A stretch of 64,000 bases of DNA, taken from the sequence record SRR9188677_231; one strand, 5' to 3'. The notes below the pieces were generated by a model that did no database searches, had not been told where the DNA came from, and was given only the letters and a program-made list of their open reading frames with translations. The first letter of the stretch is position 1. Every line of letters begins with the position of its first letter. A program made the translations under genes and the position numbers. Below, one piece after another: positions 11,442-22,191 of this stretch.

Positions 11442-11753
11442 TTATTCGAAATGGCAGACGTAGTCTACAGTCTCTAACACTTCAATATCAAAAGACGAAT
11501 TACCCGCCACAGTGAATTTCTCACCTGCTTTATAAGTGGTCCAGTTTTCTTCATCTTTCAAGCGCACTTTACAGACACCATCATTAATTTCCATCAATTC
11601 TGGCGAGCCGGTATTAAAGGTCAAAGTGCTCGGGAAAATCACACCCACGGTACAGCGTGTACCGTTCGGAAACAGCACAGTGTGGCTCACACACTTGCCA
11701 TCAAAATAAACGTTTGCTTTCTTTTTAACGCTGACATTATCAAATTGTGCCAT
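11442..11753 (-). CDS. ppnP: Pyrimidine/purine nucleoside phosphorylase
   Basis: [13 protein letters not shown]...YVCHF. Confidence 0.9.
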   Translation of the reverse strand: MAQFDNVSVKKKANVYFDGKCVSHTVLFPNGTRCTVGVIFPSTLTFNTGSPELMEINDGVCKVRLKDEENWTTYKAGEKFTVAGNSSFDIEVLETVDYVCHFE

Positions 11754-11856
11754 TTTAAATTCCTGATTAATTTCAATGTGTCGCCAATAAAAGCGCGACT
11801 ATATCACACCTGAAAACAGAGCGAGCGCGATGCAATACAAGGCGCGCGCAGCCTGT

Positions 11857-12927
11857 TTACATCGCCGCCACGATCTGGTCACCCATTTCAGAACAGGAAA
11901 CACGATTGGTGCCCTCTTCATAAATGTCACCGGTACGGTAGCCTGCTGCCAGCACTTTCTTCACTGCATTTTCAATGCGGGTCGCTGCAGCTTCGTTATC
12001 AAAGCTGTAACGCAACATCATGGCGGCAGACAAAATAGTCGCAATCGGGTTCGCCAGGTTTTTACCAGCGATATCCGGCGCAGAACCGTGTGATGGCTCG
12101 TACAAGCCCTGCTTGCTCTCATTCAGCGAAGCAGACGCCAGCATGCCAATCGAGCCAGTCAGCATGGAAGCTTCATCTGACAAGATATCGCCAAAGATAT
12201 TGCCCGTCACCATCACATCAAACTGTTTCGGGTTACGGATCAACTGCATGGCTGCGTTATCCACGTACATATGGCTCAATTCCACTTCCGGATACTCTTT
12301 CGCGACATCAATCACGATCTCTTTCCAGAATTCAGTGGTTTCCAATACGTTGGCTTTATCGACTGAACACAATTTTTTGCCACGCTTCATGGCGATTTCA
12401 AACGCCACATGCGCAATGCGACGTACTTCCGGCTCGCTGTAGATCATGGTGTTGAAACCTTCACGCACGCCTTCTTCATTAGTCCGAATGCCACGTGGCT
12501 GGCCGAAATAGACATCACCGGTCAGTTCACGCACGATCATGATATCCAGGCCGGCAACCACTTCCGGTTTCAAGGTTGACGCATTCGCCAGTTCCGGGAA
12601 TAGCACTGCCGGACGCAGATTGGCAAACAAACCCAAGTCTTTACGAATAGCCAGTAATCCGCGCTCAGGACGTAATGGGCGATCCAAAGTGTCATACTGC
12701 GGACCACCTACAGCGCCCAGCAACACCGCATCCGCGGCCCTACAGATTTTTTGCGTAAACTCAGGGTATGGATGACCGTACTGGTCATAAGCCTGACCAC
12801 CTAACGGCGCTTCGGTGAAGGTCATATCCAGACCATCTTTTTTCAATACTTCCAGCACGCGCAAGGCTTGTGCAACGATTTCAGGGCCGATGCCGTCGCC
12901 GGGTAAAACTGCAATATTTAATGCCAT
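11857..12927 (-). CDS. leuB: 3-isopropylmalate dehydrogenase
   Basis: [16 protein letters not shown] and [12 protein letters not shown] motifs. Confidence 0.98.
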   Translation of the reverse strand: MALNIAVLPGDGIGPEIVAQALRVLEVLKKDGLDMTFTEAPLGGQAYDQYGHPYPEFTQKICRAADAVLLGAVGGPQYDTLDRPLRPERGLLAIRKDLGLFANLRPAVLFPELANASTLKPEVVAGLDIMIVRELTGDVYFGQPRGIRTNEEGVREGFNTMIYSEPEVRRIAHVAFEIAMKRGKKLCSVDKANVLETTEFWKEIVIDVAKEYPEVELSHMYVDNAAMQLIRNPKQFDVMVTGNIFGDILSDEASMLTGSIGMLASASLNESKQGLYEPSHGSAPDIAGKNLANPIATILSAAMMLRYSFDNEAAATRIENAVKKVLAAGYRTGDIYEEGTNRVSCSEMGDQIVAAM

Positions 12928-12959
12928 AGGTTTATCCTAAATAATTATTCTATGATGTG

Positions 12960-13099
12960 AGAAGCCATCAGAAACCGTCGCGAGCAATTGAGTGACAAGG
13001 CACCCGGAGCACAGAAACCGGAATGTACAAAAGTACATGAGGATTACGAGCACCGCGTAACGAAGTCAATCAATTGCACAGCAGGTTTATATGGTTTCT
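12960..13099. repeat. RPE/MITE-like palindromic intergenic element between leuD and leuB
   Basis: Imperfect terminal inverted repeats (agaagccat / atggtttct), caattg arms and an atgtac-aaaa-gtacat-gaggatt core. Confidence 0.6.
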
Positions 13100-13736
13100 A
13101 AGCGAATAGCCAGGGTTGGGCGGCTTTATGTTTAATCTCAAATGCCTTGATCTCATCCGCATGCTGCAAGGTCAGGCCGATTTCATCGAGGCCATTCAGC
13201 AGGTTGTGTTTGCGGGTCGGAGTGATCTCAAAGCTGAATGACTGACCTGAAGGCGTAGTCACCGTTTGTGAAACCAGATCGACGTTCAGCGAGTAACCCT
13301 CATTTGCCAGGCACTCTTTGAACAGGATATCCACTTGTTCGGCTGAAGTGACTATCGGCAAGATACCGTTTTTGAAACAGTTATTAAAGAAGATATCGGC
13401 AAAACTAGGCGCAATAATCACGCGGAAACCCTGGTCTTCAATCGCCCATGGCGCATGCTCACGTGATGAGCCACAACCGAAATTATCACGCGCCAGCAAT
13501 ACTTGCGCACCTTGATATCGCGGCTGGTTCAGCACGAAATCCTTATTCAAAGGACGTGTGCTGCAATCCATGCCAGGTTCACCGTAGTTGGTATAGCGCC
13601 ATTCATCGAACAGGTACGGGCCAAAGCCTGAACGTTTGATGGATTTCAGGAATTGCTTTGGAATAATCGCATCAGTATCGACATTGGCACGATCCAGAGG
13701 ACAAACCAGGCCATTAATAGTGGTAAATGCTTTCAT
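13098..13736 (-). CDS. leuD: 3-isopropylmalate dehydratase small subunit
   Basis: [13 protein letters not shown] and [11 protein letters not shown] motifs; true start MKAFTT after a GGAG RBS. Confidence 0.97.
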   Translation of the reverse strand: MKAFTTINGLVCPLDRANVDTDAIIPKQFLKSIKRSGFGPYLFDEWRYTNYGEPGMDCSTRPLNKDFVLNQPRYQGAQVLLARDNFGCGSSREHAPWAIEDQGFRVIIAPSFADIFFNNCFKNGILPIVTSAEQVDILFKECLANEGYSLNVDLVSQTVTTPSGQSFSFEITPTRKHNLLNGLDEIGLTLQHADEIKAFEIKHKAAQPWLFA

Positions 13737-13749
13737 ACGGTGTTCTCCT

Positions 13750-15156
13750 TTATACGCTGCGCACGTCAACGAAATGACCGGCAATCGCAGCTGCTGCTGC
13801 CATTTCCGGGCTGACCAGATGCGTGCGTCCACCAGGGCCCTGACGGCCTTCAAAGTTACGGTTAGAGGTTGAAGCACAACGCTCACCCGGCTCCAGGCGG
13901 TCAGCATTCATCGCCAGGCACATGGAACAGCCTGGCTCACGCCATTCAAAACCTGCATCAATAAATACTTTGTCCAGGCCTTCAGCCTCGGCCTGGCGTT
14001 TCACCTGGCCGGAACCAGGCACTACCATCGCCAGTTTGATATTGCCAGCGACTTTTTTGCCTTTGGCAACACTGGCTGCAGCGCGCAGATCTTCAATACG
14101 TGAGTTGGTACAGGATCCAATAAATATTTTATCCAGCCGAATTTGATCAAGCGGTGTATTGGCATCCAGTCCCATGTACTTCAGCGCATTTTCGATACTG
14201 GTACGCTTGGTCGCATCGCCTTCCTGTTGCGGATCCGGCACATTCGATCCGATTGGCAACACTTGTTCAGGCGAAGTACCCCAGGTCACTTGTGGCGCGA
14301 TTTCAGCACCTTTCAGTTCAACTACTGCATCATATTGTGCATCTGCATCGGATTGCAGGGTTTTCCAGTACGCCACCGCCCTGGTCCAGTTTTCACCTTT
14401 TGGGGCATGCAGACGACCTTCAAGATAAGCAGCGGTTTTCTCATCCGGTGCCACAATACCGGCACGTGCACCTGCTTCGATCGCCATATTACACAGCGTC
14501 ATACGGCCTTCCATGGATAAACCACGGATGACTTCGCCACCAAACTCAATCGCATAGCCAGTGCCGCCGGCGGTACCTATTTTGCCGATAATCGCCAGCG
14601 CAACGTCTTTAGCAGTCACGCCTTTACCAAGCTGACCATCCACTTTCACCAGCATGCGTTTGGACTTTTTAGCTACCAGTGTTTGCGTAGCCATCACATG
14701 CTCAACTTCAGAAGTGCCTATGCCATGTGCAAGCGCACCAAATGCACCATGGGTTGAAGTATGGCTATCGCCACACACCACTGTCATACCAGGCAGGGTC
14801 GTACCGTTCTCGGGCCCGATCACATGGATAATGCCTTGATCCTTGTTTTTGAAAGGAAAATACACCAAGGCACCAAATTCCTTGATATTGCTATCCAGTG
14901 TTTCCACCTGCAGGCGCGAGATTGGGTCTTCAATCCCTTTATCCCAATCTTTGGTCGGCGTGTTGTGATCAGGGTTAGCCACGATGGATGAATTGCGCCA
15001 TGGCTTACGGCCAGCGATGCGTAACCCTTCATAGGCTTGCGGGCTGGTGACTTCATGCACCAGATGGCGATCAATATAAATCAGACAGGTGCCGTCTGGT
15101 TCCTCACGCACCACATGTGAATCCCATAATTTGTCGTATAGCGTTTTGCCTGCCAT
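13750..15156 (-). CDS. leuC: 3-isopropylmalate dehydratase large subunit
   Basis: [14 protein letters not shown] and GCSMCLAMN (Fe-S ligands). Confidence 0.98.
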   Translation of the reverse strand: MAGKTLYDKLWDSHVVREEPDGTCLIYIDRHLVHEVTSPQAYEGLRIAGRKPWRNSSIVANPDHNTPTKDWDKGIEDPISRLQVETLDSNIKEFGALVYFPFKNKDQGIIHVIGPENGTTLPGMTVVCGDSHTSTHGAFGALAHGIGTSEVEHVMATQTLVAKKSKRMLVKVDGQLGKGVTAKDVALAIIGKIGTAGGTGYAIEFGGEVIRGLSMEGRMTLCNMAIEAGARAGIVAPDEKTAAYLEGRLHAPKGENWTRAVAYWKTLQSDADAQYDAVVELKGAEIAPQVTWGTSPEQVLPIGSNVPDPQQEGDATKRTSIENALKYMGLDANTPLDQIRLDKIFIGSCTNSRIEDLRAAASVAKGKKVAGNIKLAMVVPGSGQVKRQAEAEGLDKVFIDAGFEWREPGCSMCLAMNADRLEPGERCASTSNRNFEGRQGPGGRTHLVSPEMAAAAAIAGHFVDVRSV

Positions 15157-15288
15157 GACTGTTCCTTTCAAATCCAAGCTATCAAATCTTAATAAATTGA
15201 TAAAACACGCGCAGAATACCTAAATTTTAATACCCTTACAAGAAGATGATTTATACTAGTATTGAAACTAATAGGATAATAAAATCAA

Positions 15289-16074
15289 ATGGATACAAGA
15301 CGCCAGGAACTGGCTGAATTTCTGCAAGCGATGCGCCAGCGCGGTAGCCCTGAAGAATTCGGTTTTCCCTCAGGATCTCGCCGCCGCACACAAGGCCTGC
15401 GCCGTGAAGAAGTCGCGCAATTGGCCGGCATCAGTGCCACCTGGTATACCTGGATTGAACAGGCACGCGAAATCAATGTGTCGTCAGAAGCCTTGGATAG
15501 ACTAGCGACTGCTTTAAAACTCAGCAAAACCGAGCGCAGTTATTTATTTGATATGGCCGACCGGCGCGATCCGCAGGCGCATCAGAGTGAAGTCGATACC
15601 GCCCCTGAAACATTAGTGGGTATCTTAAGCCAGATACAGGTCCCGGCTTACATAATGGGTCGCACGTGGGATATCCTGGCCTGGAATCAGGCCGCGACCA
15701 ACCTGTTTAGCGGATTGCTGGATATCCAATGGCCCGAAGGTCAGCACCCTAACCTGCTCCGGTTTGTGTTCGCCAATCCTGCCGCCAGGCAATTTGTCGT
15801 TAACTGGGAAATGCGTAGTCGTCGCCTTGTCGCCGAATTCAGGGCCGATTGCCGTTCGCGGTTGGAAGAACCGGAAGTGAAACAGCTGGTGGATGAACTC
15901 AGTACCAGTAGCGCTGAATTTGACCGCTTCTGGAAACAACATGATGTGCTTGAAAGACAAGGCGGAAAACGTGAATTTCAGCATCCTGATTTAGGATTGA
16001 TCCAGTTTCAGCAAGTGACATTGAGACTGGTTGAACAGGAGCAACTTAAACTGGTGTTACTGCAACCCACCTGA
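15289..16074 (+). CDS. XRE-family HTH regulator with MmyB-like ligand-binding domain
   Basis: RRRTQGLRREEVAQLAGISATWYTWIEQ; C-terminal PAYIMGRTWDILAWN...NLLRFVF. Confidence 0.88.
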   Translation: MDTRRQELAEFLQAMRQRGSPEEFGFPSGSRRRTQGLRREEVAQLAGISATWYTWIEQAREINVSSEALDRLATALKLSKTERSYLFDMADRRDPQAHQSEVDTAPETLVGILSQIQVPAYIMGRTWDILAWNQAATNLFSGLLDIQWPEGQHPNLLRFVFANPAARQFVVNWEMRSRRLVAEFRADCRSRLEEPEVKQLVDELSTSSAEFDRFWKQHDVLERQGGKREFQHPDLGLIQFQQVTLRLVEQEQLKLVLLQPT

Positions 16075-16086
16075 CAATGAATGCAA

Positions 16087-17664
16087 TTACGCCTTTTTCG
16101 TCTTGAAAAGCTTGTATTCGATCGCATCTTTTAATGCCAGCCACGAAGCTTCGAGAATGTCTGATGAGACGCCTATCGTGGTCCAGTTGGTCTGCTGGTC
16201 AGTAGATTCGATCATGACCCGCACTTTAGCCGCCGTGGCCAGGTTCGAATCCAGCACACGTACTTTATAGTCTATCAGTTTGATGTCTTTGATGACGGGG
16301 TAAAAAGGCTCCAGTGCTTTTCGCATTGCCTTATCCAGTGCATACACAGGGCCATCGCCATAAGCGGTCACTTCCGCTTCCTGGTTATCTACATAAATAT
16401 GCACGGTAGCTGAAGAGTTGATGCCATTTATAGATGGTTCATGAATGTACACACTATATTGTTTCAACCTGAAAAATGGTTGAAACTTGCCCAGCAGCTT
16501 TTGCATCAGCAAATCAAATGAGCTTTCTGCACTCTCAAACTGGTAGCCTTCATGCTCCAGTGCTTTCAGGTGTTCAAGTATCTGGATAGCCTCATCAGAC
16601 TCCTTGGTCAGGGTCGGATCTATCTGTTGCAGTTTATTCAGAATCGCCCCGCGCCCTGCCACCTCGGACACCAGAATATGGCGTTCATTGCCGACCATGT
16701 TCGGGCTGACATGCTCATAAGACTTGGGGTTTTTATTCACAGCATCAATGTGCATACCGCCTTTGTGAGAAAAAGCATCATGGCCGACATAGGGTGCTTT
16801 ATCATTAAAAGTGACGTTTGCGACTTCGCTTACAAAGCGCGCAGCGGTCGTGAGTTCAGCCAACTGGGCTGAAGAAATGCATTCCAGCCCTAGTTTCAGC
16901 TGCACGTTTGGAATGATAGACACCAGATTGGCATTGCCACAACGCTCACCTATGCCATTGATGGTGCCTTGTACCTGCACCGCACCTGCTTGCACCGCAG
17001 CGACAGAATTTGCCACTGCCATCTCGCAATCATTATGGCAATGAATACCGATTTCTAAAGTGGGGAAACGCGTAACAACTGTTTGGGTGATTTCAAAAAT
17101 CTCGTTGGGAAATGTCCCGCCATTGGTATCGCACAATGCCAACACATTCGCACCGGCATCAGCCGCTGCCTGCAAGGTATTCAATGCATACTCGGGATTT
17201 GCTTTGTAGCCATCGTAGAAGTGCTCGGCATCGAACACAATCTCTTTATTTTGCGCTTTGAGAAAGGCAATCGTGTCGCCTATCATCGCCAGGTTTTCCT
17301 CCAGCGTGGTACGCAGGATATCGGTCACCTGGTAATCCCAACTCTTGCCAAAAATAGCGACCGCTTGGGTATTTGCGGATAACAGGGACTGCAGGTTTTT
17401 ATCTTCGGCAGCTGTAATCCCAATTCGGCGCGTGCTGCCAAACGCAATGATCTTGGCGTGTTGTAAATTCAGCTCGCCGACGCGTGCGAAAAACTCTAAA
17501 TCTTTTGGGTTGGAACCGGGGTTGCCGGCTTCGATGTAGCCTATGCCTAACTTGTCCAGGCGTTGCACGATTTTGAGTTTATCCTCGACTGAAAATGAAA
17601 CACCCTGCGCTTGTGCTCCATCGCGCAGGGTTGAATCATAAGCAATCACACGTTGCCTGGACAT
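16087..17664 (-). CDS. cimA: Citramalate synthase
   Basis: DSTLRDGAQ, GKSWD, FDAEHFYDGY, HCHND and HKGGMH motifs, plus a LeuA-type regulatory domain. Confidence 0.9.
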   Translation of the reverse strand: MSRQRVIAYDSTLRDGAQAQGVSFSVEDKLKIVQRLDKLGIGYIEAGNPGSNPKDLEFFARVGELNLQHAKIIAFGSTRRIGITAAEDKNLQSLLSANTQAVAIFGKSWDYQVTDILRTTLEENLAMIGDTIAFLKAQNKEIVFDAEHFYDGYKANPEYALNTLQAAADAGANVLALCDTNGGTFPNEIFEITQTVVTRFPTLEIGIHCHNDCEMAVANSVAAVQAGAVQVQGTINGIGERCGNANLVSIIPNVQLKLGLECISSAQLAELTTAARFVSEVANVTFNDKAPYVGHDAFSHKGGMHIDAVNKNPKSYEHVSPNMVGNERHILVSEVAGRGAILNKLQQIDPTLTKESDEAIQILEHLKALEHEGYQFESAESSFDLLMQKLLGKFQPFFRLKQYSVYIHEPSINGINSSATVHIYVDNQEAEVTAYGDGPVYALDKAMRKALEPFYPVIKDIKLIDYKVRVLDSNLATAAKVRVMIESTDQQTNWTTIGVSSDILEASWLALKDAIEYKLFKTKKA

Positions 17665-17700
17665 AAGGATTATTTGTTTGCGGTCATTTTTTGCGCTGGG

Positions 17701-18924
17701 TTATTTTTTACGCAAGTGCAAATTCGCTGCAATACGCATACGCAAAGCATTCAGCTTGATGAAGCCGCCGGCATCTTTCTGGTCGTAGGCGCCTTTGTCA
17801 TCCTCAAAGGTAGCAATAGTAGAGTCAAACAGCGAATCTGTTTTACTGTCACGGCCTACCACAATCACATTGCCTTTATACAGTTTCACGCGCACCCAGC
17901 CATTGACTGTCGCTTGCGTGTGGTCGATTAATGTTTGCAGCGCAAGACGCTCCGGGCTCCACCAGTAACCGTTGTAGATCAGGCTGGCGTAGCGTGGCAT
18001 TAAATCATCTTTCAGGTGCGCGACTTCGCGGTCCAGCGTGATGCTTTCAATCGCACGGTGTGCCTTGAGGATGATGGTACCGCCAGGGGTTTCATAGCAG
18101 CCACGTGACTTCATACCGACATAACGGTTTTCCACAAGATCCAGGCGGCCAATGCCGTGTTTGCCACCAATACGGTTGAGTTCTGCCAGGATTTCATGCG
18201 CTTTTAAAGCTTTGCCATTCAGGGCTACGATATCGCCGTTCTTGAATTCGATATCCAGATACTCAGCTGCATCAGGCGCTTTCTCAGGCGACACTGTCCA
18301 GCGCCACATATCTTCCTCGGCTTCGGCAGAAGGGTCTTCCAGATGACGGCCTTCGTAAGAAATATGCAGCAAGTTAGCATCCATAGAATATGGACTGCCG
18401 CCTTGCTTATGCTTCATTTCAACCGGGATGCCATGTTTCTCGGCGTAAGCCAGCAGTTTTTCGCGGGACAACAAATCCCACTCACGCCACGGGGCGATGA
18501 TCTGGATATTCGGGTTAAGCGCATAAGCACCCAGTTCAAAACGCACCTGATCGTTACCTTTACCGGTCGCACCATGTGAAATGGCATCGGCTTTGGTTTC
18601 ATTAGCGATTTCAATCAGGCGCTTTGCAATCAATGGACGTGCGATAGACGTACCCAGCAGGTATTCGCCTTCATATACAGTATTGGCACGGAACATAGGA
18701 AACACGAAGTCACGCACAAACTCTTCGCGCAGGTCATCAATGTAGATTTCCTTGACGCCAAACTTTTGCGCTTTCTCGCGCGCCGGTTCCAGCTCTTCAC
18801 CCTGGCCCAGATCAGCAGTAAATGTCACCACTTCACATTGATAGGTGTCTTGCAACCACTTCAAGATCACGGAAGTATCCAACCCGCCGGAGTAGGCCAA
18901 TACCGCTTTTTTAATATCGCTCAT
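17701..18924 (-). CDS. argG: Argininosuccinate synthase
   Basis: AYSGGLDTS and [14 protein letters not shown] motifs. Confidence 0.98.
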   Translation of the reverse strand: MSDIKKAVLAYSGGLDTSVILKWLQDTYQCEVVTFTADLGQGEELEPAREKAQKFGVKEIYIDDLREEFVRDFVFPMFRANTVYEGEYLLGTSIARPLIAKRLIEIANETKADAISHGATGKGNDQVRFELGAYALNPNIQIIAPWREWDLLSREKLLAYAEKHGIPVEMKHKQGGSPYSMDANLLHISYEGRHLEDPSAEAEEDMWRWTVSPEKAPDAAEYLDIEFKNGDIVALNGKALKAHEILAELNRIGGKHGIGRLDLVENRYVGMKSRGCYETPGGTIILKAHRAIESITLDREVAHLKDDLMPRYASLIYNGYWWSPERLALQTLIDHTQATVNGWVRVKLYKGNVIVVGRDSKTDSLFDSTIATFEDDKGAYDQKDAGGFIKLNALRMRIAANLHLRKK

Positions 18925-18963
18925 TTAAATAAATCCCAAACTGAAATCATCAGGCTTGTTTTA

Positions 18964-19026
18964 TCAAGCCACTTTTCCCAATAATAAATATCCCATCAAC
19001 GCTTTTTTGGTATGCCGCCTGTTAAC
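18964..19026 (-). pseudogene. Degenerate duplicate of the argF 3' end
   Basis: Translates VNRRHTKKALMGYLLLGKVA*, against ArgF C-terminus ENRLHTQKALMEYLLLGKIL*. Confidence 0.75.
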
Positions 19027-19095
19027 ACTATGGCCGCCAAGCTTAAACTAAAGATTAGCCCGCGCCGACACAGCTTGCACAACTTAAGCTAGCGC

Positions 19096-20013
19096 TTAAA
19101 GAATTTTTCCCAGCAGAAGGTACTCCATGAGTGCCTTCTGCGTGTGCAATCTGTTTTCAGCTTCATCCCAGACCACGCTTTGTGAACCATCAATCACTTC
19201 TGCAGAAACCTCCTCGCCACGATGGGCAGGCAGGCAATGCATAAACAATGCATCCGCTTTCGCTACCCGCATCATGTCGGCATCGACTTGCCAGTCGGCA
19301 AAGTCTTTACGGCGCTCTTCATTTTCAGCTTCAAAACCCATGCTGGTCCAGACATCGGTCGTTACCAGGTCAGCGTCACGTGCCGCTTCCATCGGGTCAG
19401 CAAACGACTCGAAATGGTCAGTGCCGTAAAGATTGGCACGCTCAAACTCGACTTCGTAGCCTGGAGGTGTTGACACATGCACGTTGAAATCCAGTACTTC
19501 AGCGGCTTGCAGCCAGGTATTGCAAACATTGTTGCTGTCCCCGATCCAGGTCACAGTTTTGCCCTGGATAGAACCACGGTGCTCAATGAATGTAAAAATA
19601 TCCGCCAGTATTTGGCAAGGGTGATATTCATTGGTCAAACCATTAATCACCGGCACACGTGAGTTCTGGGCAAAGCGCTCGATGATGCTTTGCTCAAAAG
19701 TTCGGATCATGACGATATCGCTCATACGTGAAATCACTTGCGCCGCATCTTCCACCGGTTCGCCACGGCCCAACTGAGAGTCGCGTGTATTCAGGTAAAT
19801 GGCTGAACCGCCCAGTTGCTGCATACCTGCTTCAAACGACAGACGCGTACGCGTGCTGGCCTTTTCAAAAATCATGACCAGCGTCCTATCCACTAATGGC
19901 CAGTATTGTTTGTAATTTTTGAACTGGGATTTAATCCATTTGGCGCGCGCAAAAATATGCTCTATTTCATCACGTGCTAAATCGTTAAATTGCAAAAAGT
20001 GTTTGATACTCAT
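19096..20013 (-). CDS. argF: Ornithine carbamoyltransferase
   Basis: STRTR, HPCQ, SMG and HCLP motifs. Confidence 0.98.
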   Translation of the reverse strand: MSIKHFLQFNDLARDEIEHIFARAKWIKSQFKNYKQYWPLVDRTLVMIFEKASTRTRLSFEAGMQQLGGSAIYLNTRDSQLGRGEPVEDAAQVISRMSDIVMIRTFEQSIIERFAQNSRVPVINGLTNEYHPCQILADIFTFIEHRGSIQGKTVTWIGDSNNVCNTWLQAAEVLDFNVHVSTPPGYEVEFERANLYGTDHFESFADPMEAARDADLVTTDVWTSMGFEAENEERRKDFADWQVDADMMRVAKADALFMHCLPAHRGEEVSAEVIDGSQSVVWDEAENRLHTQKALMEYLLLGKIL

Positions 20014-20034
20014 GATATTTCAGCGCCAGTTACT

Positions 20035-21225
20035 TCACGCGCTTGCCTTTAAAAAATTCAAAATCAGGGGAGCGAGCCTATTAACTAACTCTTCGGCCTC
20101 TTGCTTGGTCATGACCAGTGATGGCAACAAGCGGATGACTTTTTCAGAAGTCACGTTAATCAATATCTTTGCCGCCAAGCCCTGCTTAACCAACTCGGCA
20201 CAAGGCCTATCCAGCTCAACACCTATCATCATGCCGGCATTACGTATCTGGACGATGCCTTTCTGGCCTTTTAATGCATCAGTGAGCAACTGGTTAATGT
20301 AATTACCTACGGTCTCTGCGTTTTCACGCAGGTTTTCTTCGGCGATAATGTTCAGCGTCGCCAGCCCGGCGGCAGTTGCCAGTGGGTTGCCACCAAACGT
20401 TGAACCGTGCTTGCCCGGGCTAAAAGTATCAGCCGCTGCACCACGCGCCACACAAGCGCCAATTGGCACGCCAGAACCCAGGCCTTTAGCCAGTGTCATC
20501 ACGTCAGGCACAATCCCCGTATGCTGGAAAGCGAACCAGGTGCCTGTTCTGGCAATACCGGACTGTACTTCATCCAGCATCAGCAACCAGCCATTCGCAT
20601 CACAGATCTCGCGTAAGCCCTGAAAATAGGTTCTCAGGCTAGCGGGAATATGCACCCCACCTTCACCCTGAATCGGCTCCACCAGGATAGCCACCACATT
20701 GTTTTTGTGTGAAGCGATGGTTTTGATGGCTTCCAGGTCATCAAAAGGCACACGCAAAAAGCCACTGACCAAAGGTTCAAAACCTGCTTGCACCTTGCGG
20801 TTACCGGTAGCAGACAAAGTCGCCATGGTCCTGCCGTGGAAGCTATGGTCCATCACGATAATTTCAGGATGATCTATACCCTTGTTGTGCCCATACAAAC
20901 GCGCCAGCTTGATCGCAGCTTCGTTCGCTTCGCAACCTGAGTTACAGAAAAAGATCTTATCCATGCCGGAAATTTCAGCCAGCTTATCTGCCAGTGCTGA
21001 CTGCTCGGCGATCTGATAAATATTGGAGACATGGATCAAACGGGCAACTTGCGCATTGAGTGCGGCGGTAAATTTCGGGTGTGCATGACCAAGACCATTC
21101 ACAGCCACGCCAGACAGCGCGTCGAGGTAGCGATCACCGGCGGTGTCTGTCAACCAGACACCTTCGCCTTTGACAAACGTTACCGGCTGCCTGCCATAGG
21201 TGTTCATTAAATGTTCGGAATGCAT
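20035..21225 (-). CDS. argD: Acetylornithine aminotransferase
   Basis: NSGCEANE, FHGRT, DEVQSG and TLAKGLG motifs; upstream of argF. Confidence 0.93.
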   Translation of the reverse strand: MHSEHLMNTYGRQPVTFVKGEGVWLTDTAGDRYLDALSGVAVNGLGHAHPKFTAALNAQVARLIHVSNIYQIAEQSALADKLAEISGMDKIFFCNSGCEANEAAIKLARLYGHNKGIDHPEIIVMDHSFHGRTMATLSATGNRKVQAGFEPLVSGFLRVPFDDLEAIKTIASHKNNVVAILVEPIQGEGGVHIPASLRTYFQGLREICDANGWLLMLDEVQSGIARTGTWFAFQHTGIVPDVMTLAKGLGSGVPIGACVARGAAADTFSPGKHGSTFGGNPLATAAGLATLNIIAEENLRENAETVGNYINQLLTDALKGQKGIVQIRNAGMMIGVELDRPCAELVKQGLAAKILINVTSEKVIRLLPSLVMTKQEAEELVNRLAPLILNFLKASA

Positions 21226-21250
21226 TTCAAACCCTTTTTCAAAAAACAAA

Positions 21251-21270
21251 ACGGCGGCTCAAGCCGCCGT
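21251..21270 (-). terminator. Probable intrinsic terminator after the puuD-like gene
   Basis: acggcggc-tcaa-gccgccgt followed by a long T-run on the minus strand. Confidence 0.65.
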
Positions 21271-21286
21271 AAACGTCTTGAACCTT

Positions 21287-21778
21287 CTAAAATCCTAATA
21301 CTGCCCTATGACTCAATCCATTCGCCATAAAAAACAACATCGGCAAGGAGAGCATCATGTTTGTACGTGATGCCAGCATAGCTACACGTCGCGCTTTATT
21401 CTTGGCTGAATCATCAGCAGGCACTATACCTAAAATCTTTTTCTGGTTCGGCCAGATAAATACCCAGACATTGATCAGCATGATGGTGCCTAACCATGCA
21501 CCCACACCGATCACTTCAAAACCATTGCGCAGCATGAAAGCATCACCCATATGTGCACCCAGCAAAGCAGCACCCGCTAGCCAGGTCACCACGGCAGACC
21601 AGCGGAACCAGAGCAATGCCCTGGGTGCCACATGTTTGCTGATGCCAGCAGCCGTGCCATCCGCCGCCGCGTCTTTCAAGGCAGCCATCTGCACCAGGTT
21701 AAAATAATACAGCAGACCTATCCAGGTAATGCCTGCCAAGAAATGTATCCATCGTGCCAGAGCCGGTACCAGTTCCAT
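21287..21778 (-). CDS. Urate hydroxylase PuuD-like membrane protein (no cytochrome c domain)
   Basis: RWIHFLAGITWIGLLYYFN, LLWFRW, NVWVFIWPNQK and ASRTN motifs. Confidence 0.75.
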   Translation of the reverse strand: MELVPALARWIHFLAGITWIGLLYYFNLVQMAALKDAAADGTAAGISKHVAPRALLWFRWSAVVTWLAGAALLGAHMGDAFMLRNGFEVIGVGAWLGTIMLINVWVFIWPNQKKILGIVPADDSAKNKARRVAMLASRTNMMLSLPMLFFMANGLSHRAVLGF

Positions 21779-21781
21779 GGT

Positions 21782-21886
21782 TTAGCCTCCGACCGCGATA
21801 AAGTTCTTAAGGAAAAACACCAGTGCCAGAGTTAATAACAACCCTGAAATGATAGTACCTGCGACAGATTCCAATGGATTTTTCAT
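21782..21886 (-). CDS. 34-aa single-TM small protein coupled to the puuD-like gene
   Basis: MKNPLESVAGTIISGLLLTLALVFFLKNFIAVGG*; own AAGGGGG RBS; last codons supply the GGAGG RBS of the next gene. Confidence 0.65.
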   Translation of the reverse strand: MKNPLESVAGTIISGLLLTLALVFFLKNFIAVGG

Positions 21887-22191
21887 ACTTTCCCCCTTGT
21901 ATGTAGCCATGTTTATAGTGAATATTGCATGCCCTATTCAAATCAAATAAGACGCAAATTCCGGTCATTTCACCCGCCCTTTAATACAGGCATTTTTTGT
22001 TGTGAAATCACAGTTTGGCGAATGCTGGAGATTACCGCAAAAGTCTTGATTTGACAAGTTGGCAAGCCTGATGCAGCCCTGCCAAACCGATTTCGCAGAT
22101 GATGGCTGGACTTTTTCGATTTATAATGCGCGACGGCATTATGATTGTGCGTTTGAAACTCAAGCGCCTCCCTATGAGGAACTCACACACC

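Noticed and set aside
13737-13907. Long N-terminal extension of LeuD in the ORF track
   Set aside because: Overlaps leuC; the RBS and homology point to the start at 13736.
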